From assembly GCA_951406725.2 (NCBI GenBank), contig OX597814.1, positions 103,416,001 to 103,480,000 of the forward strand: a DNA stretch of 64,000 bases, given 5' to 3'. Source of the stretch: Octopus vulgaris. Taxonomy: Eukaryota. The position numbers and the translations under genes are program-made. Numbering within the stretch: position 1 is the stretch's first letter; the number at the start of each line of letters is the position of its first letter. Below are positions 1-60,444 of the stretch, one piece after another. Below the pieces are notes generated by a model that was not told the origin of the DNA, made no database searches, and saw only the letters and a program-made list of their open reading frames with translations.

Positions 1-890
1 TTTATGACAACTTTTTAAGTTCATGGTTAGGTGCATCATTTTATCGGCTCTGCAGCCTGTTGATAATAATCCACCGCAATTTCTCCAGGTATACTTTATT
101 TCAGACAGCTTTCAACTGGCAGCAAGGCGAAATTTATTTGCCTTCACAGATGAAAACGACAAATACTCAATTAAACTGCAAGCTAGAATGGGGCTTCTTC
201 TTGAACTGCAGGAAATGCTACACAGGCACAACAGCTACGTTCAGAGCTTTAAATACGCTTTGGAATCGGCTCCTATGGAAAATTTCAGCGTTGTCATTGA
301 TGCTGATAAGCGGCCATCCGGTGAACACGGATTCTCCTTCTTTCAATGAGGTCGCGATACTTCTATCTGGGGAGGAGGTTAACAAACGTGACATCATTAT
401 TAAATATCGAGAGCGTGGACTTCAGCGCATTAATGAGTTAAGCAGATCATACGAGCCACTACAATATTCCCTGGCTTACGTTTACGTAGAGGATGGATAC
501 CATATCGGTATTCCACATTGGAATTCCTCTACAAAAACCGTTTCGTGTAAGGAATTCTACGCATTCCGATTTATGATAAGAGATAACCGTTTCAATCACC
601 TCCACCGTTGCCAAGACCTCTTTAACCAATATGCTACTGATGTGTGCAAAAATGGAATCCGAGCTGCGACAGTTATATACACCTACGTGATGGAATGGAT
701 AACGATGCTGACCCTAAAAGTATGGGAAAAGTATGCATTCTTCCTTCTACCTTCACAGGTAGCCCTCGATATATGTACGAAAAGACTCAAGATGCAATGG
801 TAATTGTAAGACATTACGGTCGTCCATATTTATTCATAACTAAAGCGCAACTAAAAAACAAGCCCGAGTAACGCCGGGCTATGCTGCTAG
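1..890 (+). mobile_element. Helitron, internally deleted (frameshifted Rep fragment joined directly to the 3' terminus)
   Basis: PPQFLQVYF, N.YVQSFK, SYEPLQY, FYAFRFMIR, ILPSTFTGSPRYM..QDAM.IVRHYG.P.LFIT; hairpin agcccg..cgggct (861-880) then CTAG (887-890) followed by T. Confidence 0.93.
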
Positions 891-925
891 TATATATATA
901 TATATATATCTGGATACAGTCACTA

Positions 926-1546
926 AGTGGACACAAGCGGGCAAGAATCTGGGTCCAAGGTTCAATCGTGACATGGTTTGTTGTCGCTCTCTTAATCTCT
1001 TAATCTGATTAGCGAGAATTGATTTTAACCCCGAAATGTAAGCTAAGGAAACGCTTTTCCTTTGGTACAGTTGTGATCTGAGTGTTGAGTTGAAGATGTA
1101 ATAAGACTTGGGATATTTGAGTGTTAAATCTTGGAATATCTAAATATTGTGGCCATAGATACTGAGTAAAGCCTAAGACCCCGAGTAAGGCCATTGGTAC
1201 TGAGTAAGGCCTTAAACCCCGGGTAAGATCCTAGTCGTTGAGTGAAGCCATTGGTATGCAGTACCAATGACTGACCGAAGGCCGTTGGTATTATTAAAGA
1301 CTACAGACACCGACTAAGGCCATTGACGCCGAGCAAGGCCTTAGGCTAAATAAGGCCATTGGCACCAAGTATTATTTATCAATTTTTCGAAACTTAATTC
1401 TAATAACTTGATGGTCAATCTCATACCATAGTTAGCTGAACTCAGGAATTGGGGGTCTAATGATTAAAGATAGAACACAGTCAATTGTTGCGATGGAAAA
1501 CTTTTAATCTACTATTGAGACTAGAGACAATAGTCAAGTCTCCACT
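926..1546 (-). mobile_element. Probable retrotransposon LTR with an internal ~20-bp minisatellite
   Basis: Inverted termini AGTGGACAC...GTCTCCACT; purine tract (agagggggatt on the minus strand) abuts 1546; degenerate gagtaaggccattggnacc repeats at ~1150-1370. Confidence 0.4.
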
Positions 1547-2746
1547 AATCCCCCTCTGTACATTTCCATATCTACAGCCAAAGCAAGACGCCTTCTTTAC
1601 TTTCCATGCCAGTATTTACACGAAAGACAAAAAGGAAGTCTTTAATCAACGTCAGAAATAAAGACAAACGACTGATGTAGTTTGTTGTTTTATTATACAA
1701 AGCAGTTTCTCTTTTGTTTTCTCTTCCTTATAATTCATTCATCAATGATTAACTTTAAGAAAGTTATTGGGCTTTAAGATCTCACTTATTCCAAATTATA
1801 ATTGAACGAGTATTACAACTGTTAGTTTCTATCAAATATTTCCCTCGGAATTCACTTTTATTCTGTCATTGGTTTTTATGTAGGAATTTAGAATAGAAAT
1901 CCAGTATTCAAAAATCCGCCAGACGTTCTGTAAAAACAAATTAGAGAATAAATACAGACAAAACATTAGCAACTATCCAAGAGAAAAATAAAGAAGAATG
2001 TTATTTATCTTCAACCATTAAGCACATAAGGAAAACAATGTCCAGTTCTATATTTAAGAGATGAGGACAAATATCCGTCAAATGTAAATAATGTAAAGCA
2101 ATGTCTTCTAATTGTAGTTTGCTTGTTTTCTAAAGTTAGAAATTCTTGAAAAGAGACAAAATCTTGGCGATATTTCTACGAACAAGAGATTATTCGCCAA
2201 AGCAAAATTCTCTTTAATCAGGGATGACACCAAGATATTCAACACCATCGTGAAGTCCTACAATACGCGCTGTCTCTCAGCGCTATTATATGTAATCCCT
2301 TTTCTCAGCACTATGATGGGTGCTCCCTATTCTCAACCCTGCAATGTGCGTCCCTTCAACCACCATCCCGCTTTATACCATCATAACAATGCATTCTCCA
2401 CCACCACCACCACCACCACCACCAAATTATAATTAAATTGCCAACAAGAAATCTATAGCTTTTACGGCTCCTTATGTCATAGGAAAACTTAAAATGTTTC
2501 ATGCAAATCATGTGACAGGTCATAAGACCGCATGACTCTCCTGTCTACCTCCACCTATCCACAGTTGCTTTCTATTTTCCCCTGTTCTTGGAATTGACCT
2601 CCTTTTCTCGCTTTATTGTTTTTATGTTTTTAGTTGGATAAAGAAGTTTTGTCTCTGTTGTTAAGTGTTTGCTTGATGTCACCAACTTTCGGGGCCTCAG
2701 GCAATCGTCTGCTTTGCCTGCAGCTTAGCCCCGTCTCCTCGACACT

Positions 2747-2820
2747 TCAATCATCTTCAATGTTATCCTGACAACAGCGCAACTCGCTTATGCAGACGAC
2801 AGTTGAAGGAATTACGACAT
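2747..2820 (-). other. Candidate downstream exon: 3'UTR exon or alternative C-terminus (DVVIPSTVVCISELRCCQDNIEDD*)
   Basis: Acceptor tttttgacactccag ending at 2821; AATAAA on the minus strand at 2612-2617. Confidence 0.4.
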
Positions 2821-3144
2821 CTGGAGTGTCAAAAATAAAGGATTAGCAAAATTTCTTACGGTATTTACAGGTTAAGTTGTTTTTGTCCAGCTCCAGGTTA
2901 ACCCTGATGAGGTAGACCTCCATTCCAGCCATGATCATCCTGTCTTTTTTCTGATGTGAAGGGGGACACAGGACCGTATTATTCAATGTTTTTTCTTCTT
3001 AGGCAGCGGTGTAAGTGTGTGTGTGTGTGTTAGTTAGTTAGTTAGTTAGTTAGTTAATTTGGCTCAAAAGCAAATAGCAAGGCCATGTAGGGGGACATGG
3101 AGTTAAGTACAGGGTGGTGTTGGTCGAGCGTCCTCAGCCTTTCT

Positions 3145-3203
<59 letters not shown>

Positions 3204-3817
3204 AGAGTGATCTGAGGTATCTTTGTCTTCTGTTTCTAGTATATTGTGTGATCACATAGAAGATCGTTACTATAAAATTTTCCCGATTATAAACTGTCAC
3301 ATCCTATATTTCTCTCCCTTCCATTAGAACTGATCGATTCCACAACGAAATCTGAGATGTTTAATTGACCAAGTTTATTACAGATATTGTGATACCAACC
3401 ATAGATCAATACCGAAGTTTATTGAATTATAATTTTGATGTTTTCCGGAAAGCCATGAACGCCACAACTTCGGATCCTTAACGATTACTGAATTTGATTT
3501 CTGGGGAATTGCTGTTTCAACTTCAGTTGGTAGGTTGTCAGTCTACCAAGGGTATGATTTGCTCAGCAAGACCAGAAGGAGGAGGAGAGGGGCTGTGCTA
3601 ATGTTTAAAATACACTTTTGAAAATTTAGTGAAACCATTTTAAATATAACTTCTTTTTACCATTATACATCTACCTAGATGTTAAAAACATTACGTTCAA
3701 CTTCTCAACAGTGCTTTCAACGCAGCCTCGTACACCGCAAGTTACACTCTTCGCACGTTGTTATACGATTCTGTTTTTATTACTATTTTCGTATGAAATA
3801 AGTTATTTACTTACTCT

Positions 3818-50515
<46,698 letters not shown>

Positions 50516-50604
50516 CTGGAAGAGAGGAACAAATGACAGCTCTGTGAAATCACTTCAAGTTGCAGACAACAATTAGGAAATACGACGACATTATTATTGG
50601 ACAT

Positions 50605-50651
<47 letters not shown>

Positions 50652-50654
50652 TAG

Positions 50655-50853
50655 GCACAAGGCCTGAAATTTTGGGGGAGAGGACTAGTCAGTTAAATCG
50701 ACCCTAGTATTTCACTGGTACGTAGTTTATCGACCCCCAAAAGGATGAAAGGTAAAGTCGACCCTGGTGGAATTTGAACTCAGAACGTAAAGGCGAGCGA
50801 AATATCGCTGAGCATTTTGTCCGGCATACTAATGGTTCTGCCAGCTCACCGCC
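50655..50853 (-). mobile_element. SINE between (CTA)n and (TAA)n tracts
   Basis: Head/core consensus. Confidence 0.85.
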
Positions 50854-50883
50854 TAAATAATAATGATAATCATGATGATGATG

Positions 50884-51018
<135 letters not shown>

Positions 51019-51102
51019 TGAACTTCCAACCTGTTGTCTCTTGAGGTCTCTGGGTGAGACTTGGAGCCAACTTGTACAAGTATAAAGCAAAAGTCAAACA
51101 TA

Positions 51103-51164
<62 letters not shown>

Positions 51165-51194
51165 GTAGTAATGATGATGATGATGATGATGATG

Positions 51195-51225
<31 letters not shown>

Positions 51226-51499
51226 GAAGAAGAAGAAGAAAAAGAAAAGACAAATAAGAAACCACACGTGGTTTCTATAAATGTTTAACATTCTTGAATA
51301 AACTTTCAATAGCATAAATTTTACACACACGCACACACATATACACACATACGCACGCATGCACGCACACACATACATACACATACACACACGTACACAC
51401 ACGCATACATACATACACGCATACATACACATATATATATATATATACATACATACACAGACGGTTGTAAAACGAGGTGGCACTCCAAACTCATCTAGC

Positions 51500-53055
51500 A
51501 ACATTACTATTAGCTTGGCTATTTCTGTTGTATCTGATGAGGAATGCTACAAATACTTAGGAGTAGATGAGAGTATTTCCAGTAACGGAACCGGTACCAA
51601 AGAGCGTGTAAACCAGGGATCATAACATCAAAATAAAGAAAATATGGTCCTCGGAAATTTCTGCACGCAATCAATCGGTAGCACGTTTGTCGTACCAGAC
51701 ATACCAACTCTTGGATTAAATGCTTGGTGGATAAGATCCGAGTTATTGATGTTAGAACCTGAAAATAGTTGAGCTTTTCTCGGAATTTCCGCATCAACAG
51801 TGATGTAGACACCTTTACTTTAAACGCAAACAAGGTTTCAGAGAATTAACGTCGATTGATACAACTTTTAAATATTGCTCTATATTTCTTCGAGAAGATC
51901 TAGTAATCCCCAAATGTCGAAGTCCTGCCATGGATCAAGTATGTTTACATGATGTAGATAGCATGATGAGAGTTGGAAAGGAGCTTCTAGGAAAGTATAC
52001 CTGGAATGATGATCAAGGATATGCATCCTGAGAAGGTGCACAACTCCAAAGTAATTGGTCATCAGAAGCGTATTTCTATACATACAAGTAAGAGGTTGTG
52101 CATGGCTATATTCCTAGAAGACTTCAAAGTAACAGAAACGTTGATGATCAGAGTAGTTTATCTTGGATTAACAACTGAGGTATTAGCTCTCATTTGGAAA
52201 GATATACTTCTGCAATACAAGAACAGGAAATCGTTTATATACTTGCATTGGATATATAATATATCAAAGCAGCGGGAAAGAAAGTATTTACACGACGCAC
52301 CACTATTACTATTACACACGACCCAACGCTCTCAATCACGGCTCACGGTGAACTGCTTGGCAACCCGAACTGCCAATCGCTCACAGTTCTTTAATTTATA
52401 ACAATGGGTGAATCTACCTTTAGGTACTTGAGGGGTGGTTGGAATCCTTCCACAACAAAATAACAACAAAATAGCCGAGGTACAAAAAACGATAGGGATG
52501 CAGCTAAAGCATCTTCAAGCCATAACTGATAAAGAGTCTGTAGAGGATGTCACCAACATCTTAAGTATTACTTACTTACAGGACATGATGTGATTAAAAC
52601 ATTACATAATGAAATCTGTAGATAAGATAATTTCTGAAGAGACAAATATATGAAGCACAGTGATGTGGAGGACAGGATCTCATATAATGTGGAAGAAAAC
52701 TGGTGTAATACATCTGTCAAGACTTCACTAAAATGTAAGCAGAACAGACCAGACATAATGATCTGAGACAGAGGTTGGAAACTATGCCCAGTTGTTGAGA
52801 TCAGTTGTCCTAGGGTTAAAAATAAGTGAAAAAGCGAGAACATCTACGTCGAACTGATGAGAAATTTGTAGTTACTCCATCTGGATCATAAGTTTAGATT
52901 TCTGCCAATAATTATTGGTAGTTAACTGACTCAGTACCAATCTTGAGAAGCTGAGTTTGACAAAACCACAGAGAAAGCGTCTGATCAGAAAGTTACAGCT
53001 ATAAACAGTCAGAGGCACTGTTAAAATATGTAAAACATTCATAAAGTTTAGAGTA
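51500..53055 (+). mobile_element. Highly decayed R4/Dong-like LINE 3' half
   Basis: YKYLGVDE, HGY, LEGY...IQEQE-like and RPDIMI.D segments, PIIIG. Confidence 0.7.
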
Positions 53056-53099
53056 TAATAAGATCCACATATTCAATAACATCCATACCTGCTCAAATG

Positions 53100-54509
53100 A
53101 GAAATGGTTGGGTAAAATATTGGAAACGCTACTTAATATTTAACTGTTTTTTCTATTGGCAATATGACAATCCAAAACTGCTTTACTCTGTTCATATGTG
53201 TTCATATGCGTTACGTATGACTTGTACGTCCTAATATAGCAATCTGTTTAGTTTTTTTTATATTTAAATAAGGTACAATGCATAACCTCTCTGATTTCCA
53301 AAGAGAGCAAATTGTTGAAGCGAAGATCACTGGAACTCCAGTCACTGAAACTGCTGGATTGTTTAATAGAACCAGATTCTGTCTCTAAAATCATATTGAC
53401 ATTCGAAAACCAAGCGAAAACCAACACTGGCAAATATAATTCTGGATGGAAGGTAAAGCTCACAAACATGGAATACAGAATAATGAAACGTATTTGCAAC
53501 CATCGAACTACGCCAGCAAAAGTGTCAGCTGAGCTAAATCACCACCTTGTCAACCAAAACCATTTGTTTTGAGTTCCATAAAGCTGGATTCCATGGGAAG
53601 GCTACAATTGCTAAAGCCCTCCCATTTCTCACCAATATCAAAAATGATGTCTAAACTCTCAGAAATGGTCAATGGCTCAATGGAAAAACTTCATCTTCTC
53701 TGATGAATCATCATTCACCATTTTTCCCACTGCGGGGTGGTGGGTAGGAGTATATTTATGTCTGGTGGCAGCCCAAGGGAAGATTTAACCCTGACTGTTT
53801 GACTCCTACCGCGAAGAGTGAAGGGCTGTTTCTATAAGGATTTCGACAGCCATATCACAGGATTCCCTTTGCCCGTTAGTAATTCTACATGGCAGAGTTA
53901 ACACCAAGGATTATTTGAGTATTTGGGCTGATCATGTTCATCCTAAGGTACAAACATTGTTCACTGATGGCAGCACAATCTTTCAGGATGATAATGCACC
54001 GGTTCATACGGCTGATATTATTCGAAACTCTTACGAAGAGCACAAAAGTGAAGTAGACCATATGAATTGGTTCCCACCAATCACTGGATCTCAGCATAAT
54101 CGAACATTTGGAGTTCATTTTGGAACAGCAAGTGTGGTACCGTTTCTCTCTGCCATCGTCTCCGAAAGAGCCAAAGCAGGTTTTACGTGAAGAATGGCTC
54201 ACAATCCCGCTAGCAACCATTCAGAAGCTGCACCAGTCAATTCCTCGACGTATTAAAGCTGTGATTAATGCCAAAAGTGAACCAACTCCGTATTAAGTAT
54301 TCTTTTAATCTTTTACTTGTTTCAGTCGTTTGACTGCGGTCATACTGGAGCACGGTTTTTAGTCGAAGAAATCGACCCCAGGACTTATTCTTTGTAAGCC
54401 TAGTACTTATTCTGCCGGTCTCTTTTGCCTAACCGCTAAGTTACGAGGACATAAACACACTAACATCGGTTGTCAGGCGATGGTAGTGGACAAATGCAGA
54501 GACACACAC

Positions 54510-54578
<69 letters not shown>

Positions 54579-54598
54579 CATACATACACACACACATA

Positions 54599-54676
<78 letters not shown>

Positions 54677-54870
54677 CTCCTTTCAATTTCCGTCTGCTAA
54701 ATCCACTCACAAGGCTTTATTCGGCCCGAGCCTATAGTAGAAGACGCTTGCCCAAGGTGCCACACAGTGGGACTGAACCCGGAACCATGTGGTTGGGAAG
54801 CAAGCTTTTTACCACACTGCCATGTCGTCAATTTAACAAGGTGTTTCCATTATTTTCTTCAATCCTTGTA
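53100..54870 (+). mobile_element. Tc1-like transposon relic interrupted by a CORE-like SINE (54298-54820)
   Basis: FIFSDESSF, IFQDDNAPVH, SIPRRIKAVINAK..PTPY; eroded TIRs gggtaaaatattggaaac (~53110) and gtttccattattttcttc (~54843). Confidence 0.88.
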
Positions 54871-57616
54871 CATGCGCATGCGTATATACATATGCATATG
54901 CACAAGCATGCGTTTATGCATTCATTCACACATACAAAAATACATACACACAAATGCATACACACATACATTCATGCATACATACATACATACATACATA
55001 CATACATACATACATACATACACACATACATACATACATACATACATACATACATACATACATGCATGCGTGCATACATATATACATACATATATAAATA
55101 CATACATACATTCATACATGCAACATTGCTATACATGCATGCGTACATACATAAATACATGCAATATGTCTATAAACAATGAAGTGAGAATACTATAGCA
55201 ATATGAACAGTAAAACGAATGTGCCTGACGTGGGAAGTTTCAGCCATGTTGCAGAAAAGATGGACGACTGGGAAAGCAGCAGAAGAAGGCTGAGAATTGG
55301 TTTCAGGTCCAGATGTTGGCGTGTTAGAGATAGTTAGCTAAAAGAACTATGGAAGGCCAAATCGGCGTATTAAAATGGTTTGCCACACTACGTTGAAACC
55401 TTGTAGTCAATAACAAAAACATTTGCTCAGCAGAGAACTCTAAGCCCTATAGGCTGCTGTAATGTTATGAACAAATTGTAGCAATTTCTTGAAGATTTAT
55501 TGCGGCTCTAATGATACTCAAGGATGAGAAGGCAGGAAGAAAGAAAGAGTTATGGGGATGCGATAAATTTTGGTAATTAAGACTGAGAACTCCTGAGAAA
55601 CATTGTTACCGTATGGTAAGACCTACAGGTATGTATGCAATTCTATTCCCCTCACATAAGCTATTGAAGTTACTACGGTTGGCAAAAATATCTGAATTCC
55701 TTGGTTGCAGCCATCGAAGAAAATGTCTGCGTTAGAATCAGGTGAAGCCACTTAATACACACATGCAGGCATATAAGAATAGCAGACTATTCTTCACTCT
55801 GCATTAGACATTCCTTATTTTCGTTCGTATCACAAACTTTAAAAAAATACAATTCTCCACATTTAAGAGACATGAATAAATATAGGGAGGCGTGGTCTGT
55901 ATGTAAATTATTCGTGGGTATGGTCTGTATGCAAATTGTGATTATGTAAAGTTTGTTAGTGTTGGTGTACTTTGTTGTTGTTGTTTAACCCGAGGTCAGC
56001 CGTGATCCAGTCGCTTTATGATCAAAGGCGTTACCGCTCTGACTATCTAGTCTTTTCTTATGTCTAGGACTATACTCTCATACTGTCCAATGTCCTTCTT
56101 TATTCAAGCAGGAAGGATATGATTTAGAGGAGATTTGGCTACTATTTCTTGCTGGTAAACGACCGCGTAGAAGCTCCCTCGTTATTGTTGTTGCTGTTGA
56201 TGCTGATGCTGCTGGTAATGATGACGATGAAGATAATAGTGATAGAAAAAGTAGAGACAAAATGGCTGTACACCAAATGGCTGTACACCAAATGGCTGTA
56301 CATCACCACCAACATCATCATTGTCCTCGACGTCGTCGTCGTCGTCGTCATCATCATCATCACCCTAGCTAACTATGGTTCTCATCCACCCCCACTTTCA
56401 TTGTTATTTTATCCTCGCAACAAAAACAACCTCAAACAACAACAACAAAAAGGAAATACAAAATAAACACGGAATTCGTTTTGCTAAAAATATTTGTAAA
56501 ACGAAGTCATGTTGATATTTCCCGTAATGTGAATAAGTGAGGAGGAGGAGGAGGTGGTGGTGGTAATGACAGAGGCGGAGGTGGAGGAGGAGGTGTTGGT
56601 GGTGGTTCGAGGTTGTAATAGAGGAGGCAAGCATGAAGTCAACTTCCTAAACATTTAATGTCAACGGGGAAAGTAGAATTGTGAAGGCGTTTTAATTATA
56701 AATGACAGTAGTTTGGTTAATTCAAAATTGACGATTTCAATCCTCACTGGATCACTTTGGTTACGGTGGAATTAACACTCCTTCTCTCAGATACTGACAC
56801 ACACACACACACGCGCGCGCACACATGTACGTACATAGACTCACTTAGTCTCAGGCACATACATATACAGAGACGGGTAAACCTGGATGTGGGTTTTAAA
56901 TGTTCTCTTCATATGTTTTGGCTTTGATCCACCGTACGACGCCTCGGTCTCGGCTCATCAGGCTGGGTAATCAGATCGAACCCAAAACCACGTCGTTACC
57001 ATGTGTCGGGTTCACTAAACTATTGGTCGTGAGAAACTGCGAGGAAGCTTATAAACTTATAACGCATCTTTTTTTTTGAGTTATGAACTGAATAATGAAT
57101 TGTTTGTTATAAAAGAGCGAAGCAAAGCCCTGCTATTGGATATATGAATAGATTAAAAGCATACAGAGAGACAATCTACAACCAAAGCTAAATTATTTTA
57201 TTGCAAAACAATTACGCCAAAAGACATTTGTTGAACATAAGAAGAAAGTTAATGAATGTTACTTTATCCTAAAAAACAAAAGTGTGAACGATGTTTGAAC
57301 AATGCGGTTTCACTGTTAGTGACATCCCAACACATCTCATCCTGCCTAAAGGCGTTAATGACGATAGTCTTCTGACAGTAATTAAAAATCTTGAGAATTT
57401 TAAAGCACCATGAAGAGACTTGATTGTTGGATACTGATACACGAAGCCAACCGTCTATCGACCGTATCTTATCAACCTGTACCGGCAATCTCTCAATGGG
57501 AATGGCAGCATATTGCACTGATAAGCTCTGGCAGAGACAAAAGCTGATCTTCAAAAGCAGGGTCACCCACATGGCAAAAACTACCAGATTGTCGTTTAGG
57601 CAAAGCAAGTGCACCA

Positions 57617-57619
<3 letters not shown>

Positions 57620-57654
<35 letters not shown>

Positions 57655-57754
57655 TGTATGTATGTATGTATGTATGTATGTATGTATGTATGTATGTATG
57701 TATGTATGTATGTATGTATGTATGTATGTATGTATGTATGTATGTATGTATGTA

Positions 57755-57801
<47 letters not shown>

Positions 57802-57845
57802 ATGTGTGCATGTATGTATGTATGTATGTATGTATGTATGTATGT
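57620..57845. repeat. (TATG)n/(TG)n microsatellite
   Basis: Direct inspection. Confidence 0.98.
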
Positions 57846-58500
57846 GTCAGGTCACTTTCGAGTGCTACTGGTAACATGTAACCCACTACAACCTGTTGCA
57901 TGGTCGGCCCGTCGGCGACTAAACCGGCAACACCACCAAGCTTGCTTGGTGAGGAGGCTGTTTATTGGACACCCTGTGGGATGAAAAATAAAACCCATCA
58001 GAGGGCGGAGGAACTCTTGAGAGTCAACGGCCATCCAATAAAAGTGTAATTTTTTCTTCTTCTTATGGCTTAAGGCTGTATCATGCGCGGGGACATAGAA
58101 ATAATCGGACTGAATACCCGATAGCGCAGTTAAACCATTGGGAGTGAAGGACTACCTAGCCTTTGTTAGGGCATCCTTCAGGTAACTGTGATAACTCCGA
58201 CATAAAACCTGCGGCTCAGTGGTTACCGATGATGTCGACTTGTTCTTCTTTTCGGATTATGGCTGCTGTTGCTTAGTGAGTGGGATTGATTCAGTGCACA
58301 GCCTTTCCTCACTTTAAAAAAAGTCTTCTTGCACAGGCATTGCATGATAACATTGTTCATGATTGTTGATAGTGCTGTGAGTCTCAACTGAATGGCTGGC
58401 TGTAGCCTTAAAAAGCAAATAAAAGTCACATTCGATCACAGCACCAATAACAGTTGAGCTTCGTGCAATGGCCATACTCGATAATGAGGGGGCAGCCATC

Positions 58501-58531
<31 letters not shown>

Positions 58532-58789
58532 TGTATGTATGTATGTATGTATGTATGTATGTATGTATGTATGTATGTATGTATGTATGTATGTGTGTAT
58601 GTATCTAATTTTCCTTTGAGTTCTACTTGAGAGAGTTCAAGCCAGTCACTAACAAAGCGAGAAAAGTTTTTGAGTTAAGAGAGTTCCCAGTGTTTGTGAA
58701 TATGTGATTGAGTTGGTGTGTTGGTCGAACTATCGATGCATACACCTAAGTGTGTGCATCTATTCATATAAGTTCACATAAGAATCTCA

Positions 58790-59525
58790 AATGGAGAATT
58801 CTTGGAATGTCTTACAATTCTTCATTGTGCCATTAATAGATTGGATTTGGAGAATCCATGTCAGTTTCTTTTCCCGTGAAACCAAGTGTTTCTAGGTTTT
58901 GGAGGCAAATGTGTTGTTTCCTTCACCTAATGCACCGATGATGATAGGTACAAATAATAATTCATAGCCAGGGTATAAAAGTTCCGCATTAATTCGCCAT
59001 AAATGTTCTCTTTTTACTGGATTTTTGATTGTCCATTCACATCCGCTGGCCAAATGACCTCTACAACAGTTCCTTACTTTTTTCCCCTGTCCCACAGAAC
59101 AATATCAGGTCTGCTCTGCTCGCACTGAACTGATGTCTTTATCAGGGTGTTCCACCAGTATTCCTTGTTTTTTTTTAAGGGTGTGAATATCTGCTGGGTC
59201 TGACATGTCTTTGGTGCATACGTCAAGGCAGTCGTTCTTACAGATATCCTTGTAAATAGCCTTTACAACTACACCATGCCTCAGGGGGGAGGTAGTATTT
59301 CGAAGACATTATGAGGCTGCTGATGATGATGTGAGTGATATCTTCCACACTGGTACAGCAGAGCCGACAATGTTTTATAACAACCTGGATGCTCGGTGGT
59401 AGCGTTGTCCCTCTTGTTTATCAGGTATTTAGAAGCTATATCCTGTTCCTGTATAGCGAAGACATATCCTTCTAAGTGCGATGTAATGTCTCTTTCACAG
59501 CTCCAGAGGAGGTTACTCATATCCC
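58790..59525 (-). mobile_element. R4/Dong-like LINE 3' fragment
   Basis: SHLEGYVFAIQEQDI, RHGVVVK, EYWWN, RPDIVLWD, FVPIIIGALG. Confidence 0.85.
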
Positions 59526-59529
59526 TTAC

Positions 59530-60345
59530 GGATATATAATGTCACGTGACAGTATATATCCGTTGAGAAACCAACCACAAAACCACGACTAGGAAGCTTA
59601 CAGAGATGTTGGCAGTTCCAAAAAGTACTGTTCATGAATACTTTGTGACACTTGGGTACATTTTCCCTTTATGATGTTTGAAACTTTCTGAACCTATCAG
59701 AGAAAGAACTGCATGGAATGGTATTACAACGGCGCCTTACTCTTAAAAACGTTACGGAATTGAATCTTTTTTGAAGAGATTAGTGGTAGAGATGACAAAC
59801 GGATTGTCTACGATAACATAGTGCAAAAATTGTCCTGAAGTTTGCGTGAAAATCCTTCGAAACAGCTCCAAAAACAGGATAGTTGTGTGAAAACAAGAGA
59901 ACATAAACAAGGAAAAAAATTTGTGTCTGATGAGATTTCAAAGGCATTACTCTTTATGAGCTACTTGACTGTCAATTCTGATGTCTGTTGCTGCTACTTG
60001 GAGAAATTGAATAAAAAGAAAGCTCATCAGATGAGGTCAGAATTAGCCAACAGGAGACGGGTTGTGTTGCATCAAGACAACACAAAACCACTGGTATTTT
60101 TGCTTACCCGCAGAAAGTTGCATGAGCTTGAGTAGGGTCGCTCAGTGCAACCGCCATACTTTCCCATGTGATTTTCATTTGTTTAGGTCCCTATAAATTA
60201 TTTGAATGAAAAAAAAATGATCTAAATAATTTAGATGCAGTCAGAAGCCCGGGGATAACTTTCTTTACCCCCGAAACAGCCAAGTTCTACGCAGATGGAA
60301 TTTTATCGTTGTCAAATAGATGGACTAATATCATTAATAAAACAT
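59530..60345 (+). mobile_element. Highly degenerate mariner fragment
   Basis: TVNSDVCC..LEKL, RRRVVLHQDNTKP, QPPY...DFHLFRSL, FYADGILSLSNRW. Confidence 0.8.
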
Positions 60346-60350
60346 GGAGG

Positions 60351-60435
<85 letters not shown>

Positions 60436-60444
60436 TGTATGTAG

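Noticed and set aside
1150-1370. Regularly spaced ~20-bp repeats resembling a CRISPR array
   Set aside because: No unique spacers, no cas genes and a eukaryotic context; this is a decayed minisatellite.
2904-2910. CTGATGA motifs (also near 28170, 51534, 52854 and 59926)
   Set aside because: No downstream stem II plus GAAAC/NUH, so they are not hammerheads.
56261-56302. 15-bp tandem repeat, three copies (aatggctgtacacca)
   Set aside because: A short local duplication within low-complexity sequence, with nothing further to support a function.
56727-56774. Possible upstream SLC5 exon beginning YL
   Set aside because: It reaches a stop after 10 codons, lacks the RF motif and has the wrong length; the upstream exons are probably outside the window.
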